From the NCBI GenBank assembly GCA_964291295.2, contig OZ219754.1, positions 2,080,001 to 2,144,000 of the forward strand: a stretch of 64,000 nt of DNA, in the 5' to 3' direction. The notes beneath the pieces are model-generated. The model was not told where the DNA came from. It worked only from the letters and a program-made list of their open reading frames with translations, and did not search any database. This document shows positions 47,210 through 56,222 of the stretch, piece by piece (the first letter of the stretch is position 1; every line of letters begins with the position of its first letter). Position numbers and translations under genes: made by a program. This DNA is from an uncultured Candidatus Binatia bacterium (GTDB lineage: Bacteria > Desulfobacterota > Binatia > UBA9968 > JAJDTQ01).

Positions 47210-48463
47210 TCAGCGCGGCGCCACCAGGATCTCTTCCCGCGGGAAGTGGTCCATGATCTCGGCGCCGTCCCGGGTGACCACCACCATGTTCTCCAGCCGC
47301 ACCCCGCCCACGCGGGTCTCGCCCTCGCGGCTCTCGATGGCGATGGTCATGCCCTCCTCGAAAACCTGCGGATACTTGAGCGACCACTGGCGGTTGATGA
47401 TGGGGATATCGTAGTTGGTGCTTCCCTGGGTGAGGCCGATGCCGTGGCCGATCTCGCTGGCCAGCACCTCGCATTCCTCCTGGTAGCCCCAGTTGGACGC
47501 GGGCGGAAAGTGCTTGGCGGCGTCGGCGGTGGTGGCCCCCGGCTTGATGGCGTCGATGACACCGTCGATGCTGTCCCGCACCCGCTTGTACCAGTCCTGT
47601 TCCTTGGCGTTGGGCTTCCGGCCGACGATGAAGGTCCGGTAGGTGCAGGTGGCGTATCCCTGATAGGTGAGGCCGCAGAGCGAGCCGTACAGCAGGTCGC
47701 CGGTCTGCAGGAGCCGGCTGGATTGATGAAAGCCGCGGTCGAAGGTGCTGGGCCCGGACCGCCAGCCTCCGGGCGGTGCCGACTCCGCGCCCATGTCGTA
47801 GCCTGCCTTGGTGGCGATGCCCGAAAGCTCGGTGTCACGGACGCCCGGCCTGGCGTTCTCCCAGATGCGGTACCAGACGCCCTCCACGATGGCTGCGGCG
47901 CTCTTGAGGCAATCGATCTCGTCCGGGGTCTTGATCTTGCGGATCTCCTTCATCACCATGCTGAAGTCCACCAGGTGCTTGACGCCGGCATTGGCAAGGG
48001 CCTCCCGGGCAAGGCCGTCGAAGGCGCTGAAGCCGATCTTCTCGTTCAGCAGCCCCCGGCTCTTGAGTTCGTCGTGGATGTCGGCGGCGAACTGCCGGGC
48101 CTCGTCCCGGGCCGCCTCGATGCCGCAGGCCGCGGTGAGCCAGGCGCGCGCGGGACGCCATTCGGTGATCCACGGCGCCTGGTCCGGCATCTGGTGGAAA
48201 TGGCCGCTGTGTTCGTACATGATGGGGTCGTGGTCGGCGAAGAAAAGAGTGTAGCGGCACATCGGATAGTTGAAGCCCTTGAGGCCGGTGAGGTAGCGGA
48301 TGTTGGCGGAGTTGGCTTCCAGCAGCGCGGGAATGTCGTGCTCGCGCATGATCCGCCTGGCCCGCTCGGCCCGTTCCCGGCGCATGCGATGGGTGTTGAG
48401 CCGCTCCTGCCAGTCCGACGTCTCGTTGCCGTAGATGAGCTTGGATGCGTATCGTGGTGCCAT
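47210..48463 (-). CDS. M24 (Xaa-Pro peptidase/creatinase-like) hydrolase
   Basis: NIRYLTG, IKTPDEI, GHGIG, GGVRLENMVVVT. Confidence 0.88.
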   Translation of the reverse strand: MAPRYASKLIYGNETSDWQERLNTHRMRRERAERARRIMREHDIPALLEANSANIRYLTGLKGFNYPMCRYTLFFADHDPIMYEHSGHFHQMPDQAPWITEWRPARAWLTAACGIEAARDEARQFAADIHDELKSRGLLNEKIGFSAFDGLAREALANAGVKHLVDFSMVMKEIRKIKTPDEIDCLKSAAAIVEGVWYRIWENARPGVRDTELSGIATKAGYDMGAESAPPGGWRSGPSTFDRGFHQSSRLLQTGDLLYGSLCGLTYQGYATCTYRTFIVGRKPNAKEQDWYKRVRDSIDGVIDAIKPGATTADAAKHFPPASNWGYQEECEVLASEIGHGIGLTQGSTNYDIPIINRQWSLKYPQVFEEGMTIAIESREGETRVGGVRLENMVVVTRDGAEIMDHFPREEILVAPR

Positions 48464-48642
48464 GAAGAGAAAACCTCCCTTGGGAAGACCGCTCCTGGTG
48501 ACGGTCGGAATCAGGGGTCGGCCGACGAAGGCGGGCCCGAAAACCGCCCCAACATGGCCACATGAGCCGGACCTTGTCAAGGTACGGGCGAGGGAGCCGG
48601 ATGAGCGGAAACGCCGGGGCGAGCGGCAGGAGGAACCGCGTC

Positions 48643-49089
48643 ATGCCGAAGGTTGCATCATTGGGTCACGTGGGTCTGCGGGTTCATGATATCGAGCGCT
48701 CCAAGGCCTTCTACCGGGACGTGCTGGGACTCGCCGTCAGCGACGAGAGCGACGCCGGCACGGTGTTCATGACCGCCCAGGACCGCCTTCACGAGCACCA
48801 CGAACTGCAGTTGCGCCCGGGTCGCAAGGACGGGGAAGTGGTCTCGCAGATCTCTTTCCGGTGTGAAACTCTGGACGCCCTGAAGGCGTTCCACCGGGAA
48901 TTCCTGGAACGCGGGGTGCCCATCCGGCAGGTCCACAGCCACGGCAATGCCATCGGCATCTATTGTGCCGACCCCGACGGCAACACCGTGGAAGTGTACT
49001 GGCCCACCGGCATCGACTGGCCCCAGCCGTTCCGCAAGGCCATCGATCTCAACCAGCCCGACGACGTGATTCTTGCAAGCCTGACCTGA
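48643..49089 (+). CDS. VOC (glyoxalase/dioxygenase) family protein
   Basis: LGHVGLRV, FYRDVLGL, EHHEL, HGNAIGIYCADPDGNTVEVYW. Confidence 0.92.
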   Translation: MPKVASLGHVGLRVHDIERSKAFYRDVLGLAVSDESDAGTVFMTAQDRLHEHHELQLRPGRKDGEVVSQISFRCETLDALKAFHREFLERGVPIRQVHSHGNAIGIYCADPDGNTVEVYWPTGIDWPQPFRKAIDLNQPDDVILASLT

Positions 49090-49195
49090 CGCCCTCGCGC
49101 GGGATGGTTCGACCCCTTGCCGGGAGCGGCTTCCGGCCCATCCATGTCTTCTGTTGGTTCCGGGCCGCAGCCGTCCCGTCCCGGCCGCTACGCCC

Positions 49196-51442
49196 CTACG
49201 CCTCCTTCAGTGCCGCGTACACCTTCTCCGCCGTCAGCGGAAGGTCGTGGATGCGCGCGCCGGTGGCGTCGGCCACGGCGTTGGCGACGGCGGCGGCGGT
49301 GGGCACGTTGGGCAACTCGCCGATGGCCTTGCCCTGGAACGGCACCGGCCCCTCGCCCTGCTCGACGAACACGGTGTCGAGTCGGGGGATGTCCTTGGCA
49401 CAGGGCAGCTTGAAGTCGCCGAGGTTCAGGGTGGTGATCCGGCCGTCGGCCATGGGGTTGTCTTCCATCAGTGCGAAGCCCACCCCGTTGACCACGCCGC
49501 CGTCGATCTGGCCCTGATAGGTCAGGTGATTCAGGATCCGGCCGGAGTCGTGGGCGGTGGTCACGCGGGTGACCCATACCTGTCCGGTCTCCGGATCCAC
49601 CGCCACTTCGGCCACCTGGGCGGCGAAGGAGGTGACCGGCGGTTGGCCGTCGGGGGCGAAGACCGTGTCGTGGTGGAATGATCCGCCGGCCTCGGCAATG
49701 GCGGCCCGGGCCACCTCCGCGAAGGACAGTTCGCCGCCCTCGGGTGCGGCGAAACGGCCGTCCACCCGGCCCACCTGGCCGGGTTCGCAGCCGAGCTTGC
49801 GGCTGGCGCATGCCACGAGTTGCGCGTGCACCTCCCGGGCGGCCTTGTGGGCCGCGTGCCCGGTGGTGTTGGTGGACTTGCTCCCGCCGGTGCCCGGATC
49901 CCAGGGTGAGTGATCGGTGTCCTCCACCCGGATGCGCACGCGCTCCGGCGCGACGCGCAGGGTCTCGCTGACGATCTGCGTGATGGCGGTGTGGATCCCG
50001 GGCCCCACGTCCGGCACGCCGACGAGAACGGTCACCGTGCCGTCTTCATGGAGTTCGATGCCGGCGTTGGCGTTGCCTCCGCCGGCGCCGCGTTCGTAGA
50101 GCGCGATGCCCCGCCCCCGGTTGGGTCCCGGCGGGCGCTTGCGCCATCCCGACGTCTCCACCGCCTTCTCCAGGGTCTCCCTGGCCAGGATGCCGTCCCA
50201 CCGGGCGCCCAGCGGCGAGGTGTCGCCGGGAACCACCAGGTTGCGCAGGCGGAAGTCCGCGGGGTCGATGCCCATCTCCCGGGCGATGTCGTCCATCTGC
50301 GACTCCACGGCAAAGACGATCTGCGGGCTTCCCGGCGTGCGGGTCTGGGTGCACGGAACCTGGTTGGTGTAGGCGCACAAGGTCTCGATGCGGATGGCCG
50401 GGATGCGGTAGTAGCTGGCCAGCCTTCGGGCGCCCATCACGGTGATCTCGGGGTTTGCCTTCCAGGCCGCGTAGGCGCCGCCCGCGAAGGCGACCTTGCC
50501 GTCGATGGCGGTCAGGGTGCCGTCGTTCCGGACCCCGACGCGCAGGTTCACGATGGCCGGATGGCGATGGGCGGCGGTGGCGATCTCCTCGGTGTAGGTG
50601 AGCACCATGCGCACCGGCCGGCCCGTTGCCCTGGCCAGGAAGTAGCACACCGGGGTGTCGATCATCGACGCCTTGCCGCCGAAGTCCCCGCCCACCGGGA
50701 GGATATGGACGTTGACCTTCCCGGGATCGATGCCGAGATCTTGCGCGAGCCGGTTTCTCAGGGCGAACGGCCCCTTGTTGGAGGCCCACACCTCCACGTT
50801 GCCGGCGGTATCCACGGCCACCGTGCAGGAGTGGGGTTCCAGGTAGCCATGGTGCGCCAGCTGCGTGGCGAAGGTGCCTTCGAACACCCGGTCGGCGCTG
50901 TCGAAGCCGGCGTCCAGGTCTCCGTTCCGCCAGATGCTGTGGGACTGGACGTTGGGCCGGTCCGGGTCGACGCCCTCCGCCAGCGGCGGCGCGTTCCGGT
51001 AGTCCCGCGGCGCGACGTGCAGCGGCGTGGCACCGGGCTTGACCGCATCCAATGGGTCGTAGACCCCCGGCAACTCCTCGTAGTCCACCGTGATGAGGCG
51101 CAGCGCCGCCTCGGCGCTCTCCGGCGTGTCCGCGGCCACCGCAGCCACCGGATCCCCCACGAACCGGACCTTGTCCCTGGCCAGCACCGGCATGTCCTTC
51201 ATGCGCAGCCCGACGTACACCTCGGGCAGGTCCGCGCCCGTGAGAACGGCATGCACTCCCGGCAGCGCCCGGGCCTCGGCGGTGTCCACGCCGCGGATAC
51301 GTGCGTGGGCCAACGGGCTGCGCAGCACCTTGGCGTGGAGGGATTCGGCGATGGGCAGATCCGACGCGTAGTGGGTGGCGCCGGTGACTTTGTCCGCGCC
51401 TTCGATGCGCGGCAGGGGCTTTCCGACTGTCTGAAAGGCCAA
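49196..51442 (-). CDS. Xanthine dehydrogenase family molybdopterin-binding subunit
   Basis: KVTG...Y, LRSPLAHA, HGYLEPH, GGDFGGK, GQIDGG, KAIGE; TTG start after GGAGG. Confidence 0.95.
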   Translation of the reverse strand: MAFQTVGKPLPRIEGADKVTGATHYASDLPIAESLHAKVLRSPLAHARIRGVDTAEARALPGVHAVLTGADLPEVYVGLRMKDMPVLARDKVRFVGDPVAAVAADTPESAEAALRLITVDYEELPGVYDPLDAVKPGATPLHVAPRDYRNAPPLAEGVDPDRPNVQSHSIWRNGDLDAGFDSADRVFEGTFATQLAHHGYLEPHSCTVAVDTAGNVEVWASNKGPFALRNRLAQDLGIDPGKVNVHILPVGGDFGGKASMIDTPVCYFLARATGRPVRMVLTYTEEIATAAHRHPAIVNLRVGVRNDGTLTAIDGKVAFAGGAYAAWKANPEITVMGARRLASYYRIPAIRIETLCAYTNQVPCTQTRTPGSPQIVFAVESQMDDIAREMGIDPADFRLRNLVVPGDTSPLGARWDGILARETLEKAVETSGWRKRPPGPNRGRGIALYERGAGGGNANAGIELHEDGTVTVLVGVPDVGPGIHTAITQIVSETLRVAPERVRIRVEDTDHSPWDPGTGGSKSTNTTGHAAHKAAREVHAQLVACASRKLGCEPGQVGRVDGRFAAPEGGELSFAEVARAAIAEAGGSFHHDTVFAPDGQPPVTSFAAQVAEVAVDPETGQVWVTRVTTAHDSGRILNHLTYQGQIDGGVVNGVGFALMEDNPMADGRITTLNLGDFKLPCAKDIPRLDTVFVEQGEGPVPFQGKAIGELPNVPTAAAVANAVADATGARIHDLPLTAEKVYAALKEA

Positions 51443-51474
51443 GGTTCACCTCCGGGTCGTTGGCCGGGTACGTT

Positions 51475-52557
51475 TCAGTTCAGAATCCTGGCCGCGTTCC
51501 CGCCCAGGATCTTGCGCTTGTTCTCTTCCGTCAGCCTGTCGCTTTCGACGATGGGCCGGGTCACCTCGCCGGGAGGGGAGGAGTCCCAGTGCGGCGTGTC
51601 CGTGGCCAGTACGAGATTGTCGTCCCCCAGCATCTCCACCGCCACCTCGAAGTGCTCGTCCTCGAACGGTTCGCAGCCGACGTACACCTGCCGCTTGAAG
51701 TACTCGCTCGGCTTCATCTTGAGCCAGGGCACCAAGTGGGGCAGTTTTTCGAAGTGTTCGTCCATGCGCCCCAGCCACCACGGCATCTGGGAGGCGCCGG
51801 TTTCCAGGCACACCAGGTTCAGTCCGGGGAATCGCTCCAGCACGCCGCCGCAGATGAACGTCATCATGCACACCATGGATTCGAACACGCGTCCCACCAT
51901 GTGGGAAAAGAAGAAGTTGTCGGCAAACCGTTCCTGGCCCATGGACTCGTGCTTGGTGTCGTGGATGATGATGGGCCAGCGCAGGTTCTCCAACTCCGCG
52001 TAGACGGGGTCGTAGCAGGGATCCCACCACGGACGGCCCGCCACCGGCACCGCCTTCATGTTGAGGGCCCGGTTGCCCATGTCCGCCATCCGGTGCAGTT
52101 CCCGGAGCGCCAGCTTCCCGTCCTGCAGCGGGATCACGCCGGCCCATTGCAGCCGTTCGGGATACTCGCCGGCGTACTGCTGCATGTAGTTGTTCTGTGC
52201 GCGGCAATAGGCGGCCGCCAACTCCGGATCGTCCGGAAACCACACCAGGTCCAGCGCCGGCGAGTTGGGTGACAGAACCGCCACGTCGATGCCGTCCTTG
52301 TCGAGATTCCGTACCCGGCCCCCGGCCGCCAGGTCTTCCGCCTTGTGCCAGTTGGGTTTCTCGTCACTCTGCCGGGTGATCTCCGAACCCACCATGATCC
52401 GCGTGCCCACCAAGGTCTTGCGCCGTTCGTCCGGCCTGGTCGGAAGCGCCCGCGGCAGGTGTGGCTTCCATCTTTCCTCGATGCAGTGCGGCCACTGGCC
52501 CACATCGCCCACCAGATGGCTGTCGAGGTCGATGACCCGGATACCGTTGATGGCCAT
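51475..52557 (-). CDS. Amidohydrolase_2 family protein
   Basis: IDLDSH, DKDGID, LERFPGL, ETGASQMPWW, TDTPHWD, ILGGNAA; GGAGG SD before ATG 52557. Confidence 0.92.
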   Translation of the reverse strand: MAINGIRVIDLDSHLVGDVGQWPHCIEERWKPHLPRALPTRPDERRKTLVGTRIMVGSEITRQSDEKPNWHKAEDLAAGGRVRNLDKDGIDVAVLSPNSPALDLVWFPDDPELAAAYCRAQNNYMQQYAGEYPERLQWAGVIPLQDGKLALRELHRMADMGNRALNMKAVPVAGRPWWDPCYDPVYAELENLRWPIIIHDTKHESMGQERFADNFFFSHMVGRVFESMVCMMTFICGGVLERFPGLNLVCLETGASQMPWWLGRMDEHFEKLPHLVPWLKMKPSEYFKRQVYVGCEPFEDEHFEVAVEMLGDDNLVLATDTPHWDSSPPGEVTRPIVESDRLTEENKRKILGGNAARILN

Positions 52558-52958
52558 GGGATTCCTCCTGGCTGGACAAGGGTGCCGCGCGGGTGCCGCG
52601 CGTACCGGCGGTCTCCGGAACGCGCCCCCCGGCCGCGCCGGTTCGGCCCCGCACCGCGGTGCAGCCCCACGACCGCGGTGCGCCGCAAGGTCCTGCGCTA
52701 CGGCTGTTGAATAGCGTTCCCGGACTGGCAGTTCAAGGGATGGCAGACTGTCCCGGCGGGCTTCCGGGCCGCCTTGGCCCCATGCGCGCGGGACACCATC
52801 GTGCACGGATTCATGCTGTCCCTCAAGGAGACGCCGGTTGAGACCCTCATCCCCATGCCCAGACCATCCATGCGGTGGAGGCGTGGCTGGCGGAGACATC
52901 ACGCGGCAAAGCCGTTCCCGCGCAAGCGGCAGTCCGGGAGGGGCCGGGCGAACGGGCG

Positions 52959-53753
52959 TCACCGCTGCCTGAGCCGCAGGATCTCCCGCCGGACCATCTC
53001 TTGCCAGGAGGCTCCGGGGCGGTCGGTCCAGTTGCCCGGCAGATCGATGATTCGTCCCTTGCGCCGGAACGCGTGCGCCCGGCCCAGGGCTTCGGCCAGC
53101 AGCGCCTCCTGCCGGCGGCGCGCCCGGGGCCGGCCGAAGGTGCGGCCCACGGGGTTGTCCACGTACACCGCCCTGGGCGGCCTGACCCGCTCCACCACGT
53201 CCCGCACCGTGCCGATCAACAGTGTCGGCACGCCCAGCTCCTCCACGACGTTGGCGACGAGACTCACGGTCTCGTGGCAATAGGGTCAATAGGGGACCAT
53301 GACGGCCAGGTCCACCTTCATGGCCTTGAGCTTGCGGGCCAGCGCCGGCCCCAGTCGGTTGATGACGCCGTCGTGGTCGGCGATGCCGCCGTACATTGAG
53401 AAATGGCCGGGCGCGACGCCGCCCACCAGGCCTTTTCGCGCCAGTTCCCGGAGCGCGTGCCTGGGAAAGACCACTTCCGGGTCCCTGCGGGCGTCGGCGC
53501 CCACCGGCGAATGGTGATCGAGAGACAGCTCCACGGATGGGTCCGGGGCCACGCGGCGGTGGCTGGCGTCGCCCCTGAAGGGGAACGGGCGCTGGTCCGG
53601 ATGACGAACGGCCGCGCTCGTGAGGAGGCTCACACGCAGTTCCCCCAGCGCGCGGGTCAGGGGTTGCCACGCGGTCCCGGGCGGGCGCCGGAGTCTGCGC
53701 GGCGGTCGCGGAGCCGCGTGCTCCGCCAGGATGGGCAGATAGTCAAGTGGCAT
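52959..53753 (-). CDS. Glycine/sarcosine/betaine/D-proline reductase selenoprotein B-like protein (Sec at in-frame UGA 53286-53288), 264 aa
   Basis: RVSLLTSAAV, GDASHR, DPEVVFP, then VPY-U-PYCHETVSLVA...EELGVPT...PPRA; two same-frame ORFs joined by TGA. Confidence 0.88.
53257..53275 (-). promoter_or_regulatory. Putative bacterial SECIS hairpin
   Basis: ACGAGAC-CGTGA-GTCTCGT: perfect 7-bp stem with G-containing loop, 10 nt 3' of the UGA. Confidence 0.72.
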
Positions 53754-54210
53754 GGCGGCTGCCTGAAAGGGCGCGCCGGCCCTGTCCGGCCTTGTCCACG
53801 TGCACCGGCCCGCCCTTGCCGATGCGTTCCCGGTCCTCCTTGGGCAACTCCTTGATGTCCACCCGGAGCTCGTAGTTGATGTGCTTGATGTCCTCGGACG
53901 GACCGGATCGGTTGCCCATGAGGACCATCGGGCCGGCGCCGGTGTTTTCGAGCTGGTAGAAGTCGCCGCCGTGAATGAGCGCCACCATGCCCGGTTTCAG
54001 GACCGCCGCGCCGCCGTCCGGGAAATGCATGGTGCATTCGCCCTCGATGACATAGAAACTCTGATCGGCGTTGTGGCAGTGCATGTCGTCCTTGTCGCCG
54101 GGCTCGGGATAGACGTGCACCCAGCTGTGAAACCGCCGGGTGTTCATGACGACCTCGCGCTTCTTGTCCCTGTGCGCCTTCTCGATCAGATCCATGACTT
54201 GAATGGCCAT
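53743..54210 (-). CDS. Cupin domain protein
   Basis: MHCHNADQSFYVIEG, LKPG, YQLENTG; AAGGAG SD; overlaps the selenoprotein start. Confidence 0.88.
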   Translation of the reverse strand: MAIQVMDLIEKAHRDKKREVVMNTRRFHSWVHVYPEPGDKDDMHCHNADQSFYVIEGECTMHFPDGGAAVLKPGMVALIHGGDFYQLENTGAGPMVLMGNRSGPSEDIKHINYELRVDIKELPKEDRERIGKGGPVHVDKAGQGRRALSGSRHAT

Positions 54211-54381
54211 GACGTTCTCCTTTCCCGAAACGAACTTCGGCGCGCGTTTCCAGCGTTTCAAAGATGCCTGCGATCATGGCCGCGGTTCCGCCCGCCGGTG
54301 CGGCCTGGCCCCGCCGGCCGCTCATGGTGTATAGTCTCCGGCGGCGCGGACTCGCAAACGGCTCAAGGAGGTGACCCCCTC

Positions 54382-55356
54382 ATGCCGGAACCCGGATTGA
54401 CCATGGCCCTGTCCCACTACGACCGGCACGTGCCGTTGTTCGACGGCAGCGTCACCGCCGACGGCCTGGACCTCAAGGTGCTGGAAGTCGGCCAGTCGCA
54501 CCCGCTCCGGCACGGCGACCGCCGCCACGAGCGCATGCTGCGGAACGAAGAGTTCGACATCTGTGAGCTCTCGCTGTCGTCGTACCTCATCTCCCGGAGC
54601 CGCGGCCTGCCCATCACGGCCATTCCGGTCTTTCCGCGCCGTCTGTTCAGCCTGTCGCAGATGTGGGTCCACGTGGACGCGGGCATCGAGTCGCCCAAGG
54701 ACCTCGTCGGCAGGACGGTGGGGCTCAGCACGTTCCAGACCACGCTTTCGGTGCTCGCCAAGGGGGATCTCCAGAGCGAGTACGACGTTCCGTGGCGCGA
54801 GATCCAGTGGGTGATCGACAAGCCGGAGGCTTTGTCCATCCAGCTTGAGGGAGTGAGCCTGCGCTACCTCGAAAAGGATCGGCGCATCGGCGCCATGCTG
54901 GAGCGGGGCGACATCGACGCGCTGATGATGCCCCATCCGCCCGACGAGGTGGTGCAAGGGTCGGAGAAGATCCGACGCCTGTTCCGCGACCCGCGCGCCG
55001 AGGAGCTCCGCTACTTCCGCAAGAACGGCTTCTACCCCATCATGCACGTGGTGGCGTTCAGGAACGAGGTGCTGGAGCGGTACCCCTTCGCCGTGCGGAG
55101 CGTCACGGATGCCTTCGAGAAGGCCAAGGCGGCCTGCCGCGAATATTATGCCGACCCCAATTGGTCCAGCCTGGTCTGGACCCGGCATCTTTACGAAGAA
55201 GAGCGGGCGGTGCTGGGCGAGGACTACTGGCCCTATGGACTCCGGCGCAACCGCGCCAATCTGGAACGTTTCATGGGCTACTCCCGAGACCAGGGGTTGA
55301 TGGACCGGCCCCTCACGGTGGAGGAACTGTTCGTCGAATCCACGCTGGATTCATGA
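54382..55356 (+). CDS. 4,5-dihydroxyphthalate decarboxylase-like protein (second paralog)
   Basis: HYDRH, ELSLSSY, PVFPRRLFS, YPIMH, WPYGL..NR; AAGGAGGT SD. Confidence 0.85.
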   Translation: MPEPGLTMALSHYDRHVPLFDGSVTADGLDLKVLEVGQSHPLRHGDRRHERMLRNEEFDICELSLSSYLISRSRGLPITAIPVFPRRLFSLSQMWVHVDAGIESPKDLVGRTVGLSTFQTTLSVLAKGDLQSEYDVPWREIQWVIDKPEALSIQLEGVSLRYLEKDRRIGAMLERGDIDALMMPHPPDEVVQGSEKIRRLFRDPRAEELRYFRKNGFYPIMHVVAFRNEVLERYPFAVRSVTDAFEKAKAACREYYADPNWSSLVWTRHLYEEERAVLGEDYWPYGLRRNRANLERFMGYSRDQGLMDRPLTVEELFVESTLDS

Positions 55357-55459
55357 GACCGGCGGGTGCGGGGGCGTCGGTCGGCCGGACCGGCGACCGC
55401 GCACGCCTTTCCCCTGGACGCAGCCGCGCTGCCGATTTCCCGTGAGGCCGGCCGCTCGG

Positions 55460-55488
55460 TTGACGGTGGCTCCGGCGGTTGTTATCAC
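55460..55488 (+). promoter_or_regulatory. Candidate sigma70 promoter
   Basis: TTGACG-17nt-TATCAC with an extended TG. Confidence 0.4.
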
Positions 55489-55510
55489 TGCCCGCAACGA
55501 GTCCGCACCG

Positions 55511-55540
55511 GTGTCCACCGGAATCGTGTCCACCGGAATC
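55511..55540. repeat. Tandem duplication GTGTCCACCGGAATC x2
   Basis: Directly visible in the leader of the ferritin-like gene. Confidence 0.9.
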
Positions 55541-55559
55541 TTCCGCACAGGGGTTGCTG

Positions 55560-56207
55560 ATGGACAGTCACGAATTCACCCGGAAGGTACAGCAGCGTGT
55601 CGCCGAGTTCTGCAAGGGCCTGGACGACAACCTGCCCGCCTACAGCTACATTCCGCTCGCCACCGACGAGATGCGCATCAAGGTGATGCAGAGCCGGCTC
55701 TTCAACGAAGTGCGTGCCGCGGAGGTCTTCGGCACATGGCTCAAGACCACCCCGCAACTCGAGGTCAAGGCGACTCTGGCAGAGGCCATCCACGAGGAGT
55801 TCGTCCACGCGGAGTATCTGTCGGAAGCGTTGAAGCGCAAGGGCGCCGTGCCCTACGACTACCGTCCGTTACCGGCCCAGACGGCGATGTTCAACAGCTT
55901 CGAGGCGCTGTCGGACACCTGCGAGCGGATCGCGGCCTTCCCGTTCGCCGGCGAGGGCGTGGCCGACTACCTCATCGGCAAGAGTCTCGAGGCCGGCACC
56001 GTGCCGGAGTGGGTCACCGGGCCTTACCAGAAAATCCACGACGACGAGGAGGAGCACGGCAACTATCCCTTCGAGTTGCTCGTCAAGTACGCCACCACCC
56101 CCGAAACGCAGGACCGCGTCGCGCGCGGCGTGGAGATGAGCCTGATGCTCCGGCGCCAGTACTTCGACAACCTCGACCGCTGGGTGTACGAGGATCGTTG
56201 GTCCTAG
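55560..56207 (+). CDS. Ferritin-like diiron-carboxylate protein
   Basis: E...EEFVH...E...DEEEH duplicated ExxH pattern. Confidence 0.8.
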   Translation: MDSHEFTRKVQQRVAEFCKGLDDNLPAYSYIPLATDEMRIKVMQSRLFNEVRAAEVFGTWLKTTPQLEVKATLAEAIHEEFVHAEYLSEALKRKGAVPYDYRPLPAQTAMFNSFEALSDTCERIAAFPFAGEGVADYLIGKSLEAGTVPEWVTGPYQKIHDDEEEHGNYPFELLVKYATTPETQDRVARGVEMSLMLRRQYFDNLDRWVYEDRWS

Positions 56208-56222
56208 GAAGGCCGCGGGCGG

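Noticed and set aside
52780-52930. Possible alpha/beta-hydrolase C-terminal remnant (TIVHGFM...HAVEAWL) on the plus strand
   Set aside because: The similarity is too short to support without a search.
51475-53670. 731-aa ORF
   Set aside because: The real amidohydrolase starts at 52557 after an SD; the upstream part is a shadow frame over the selenoprotein.
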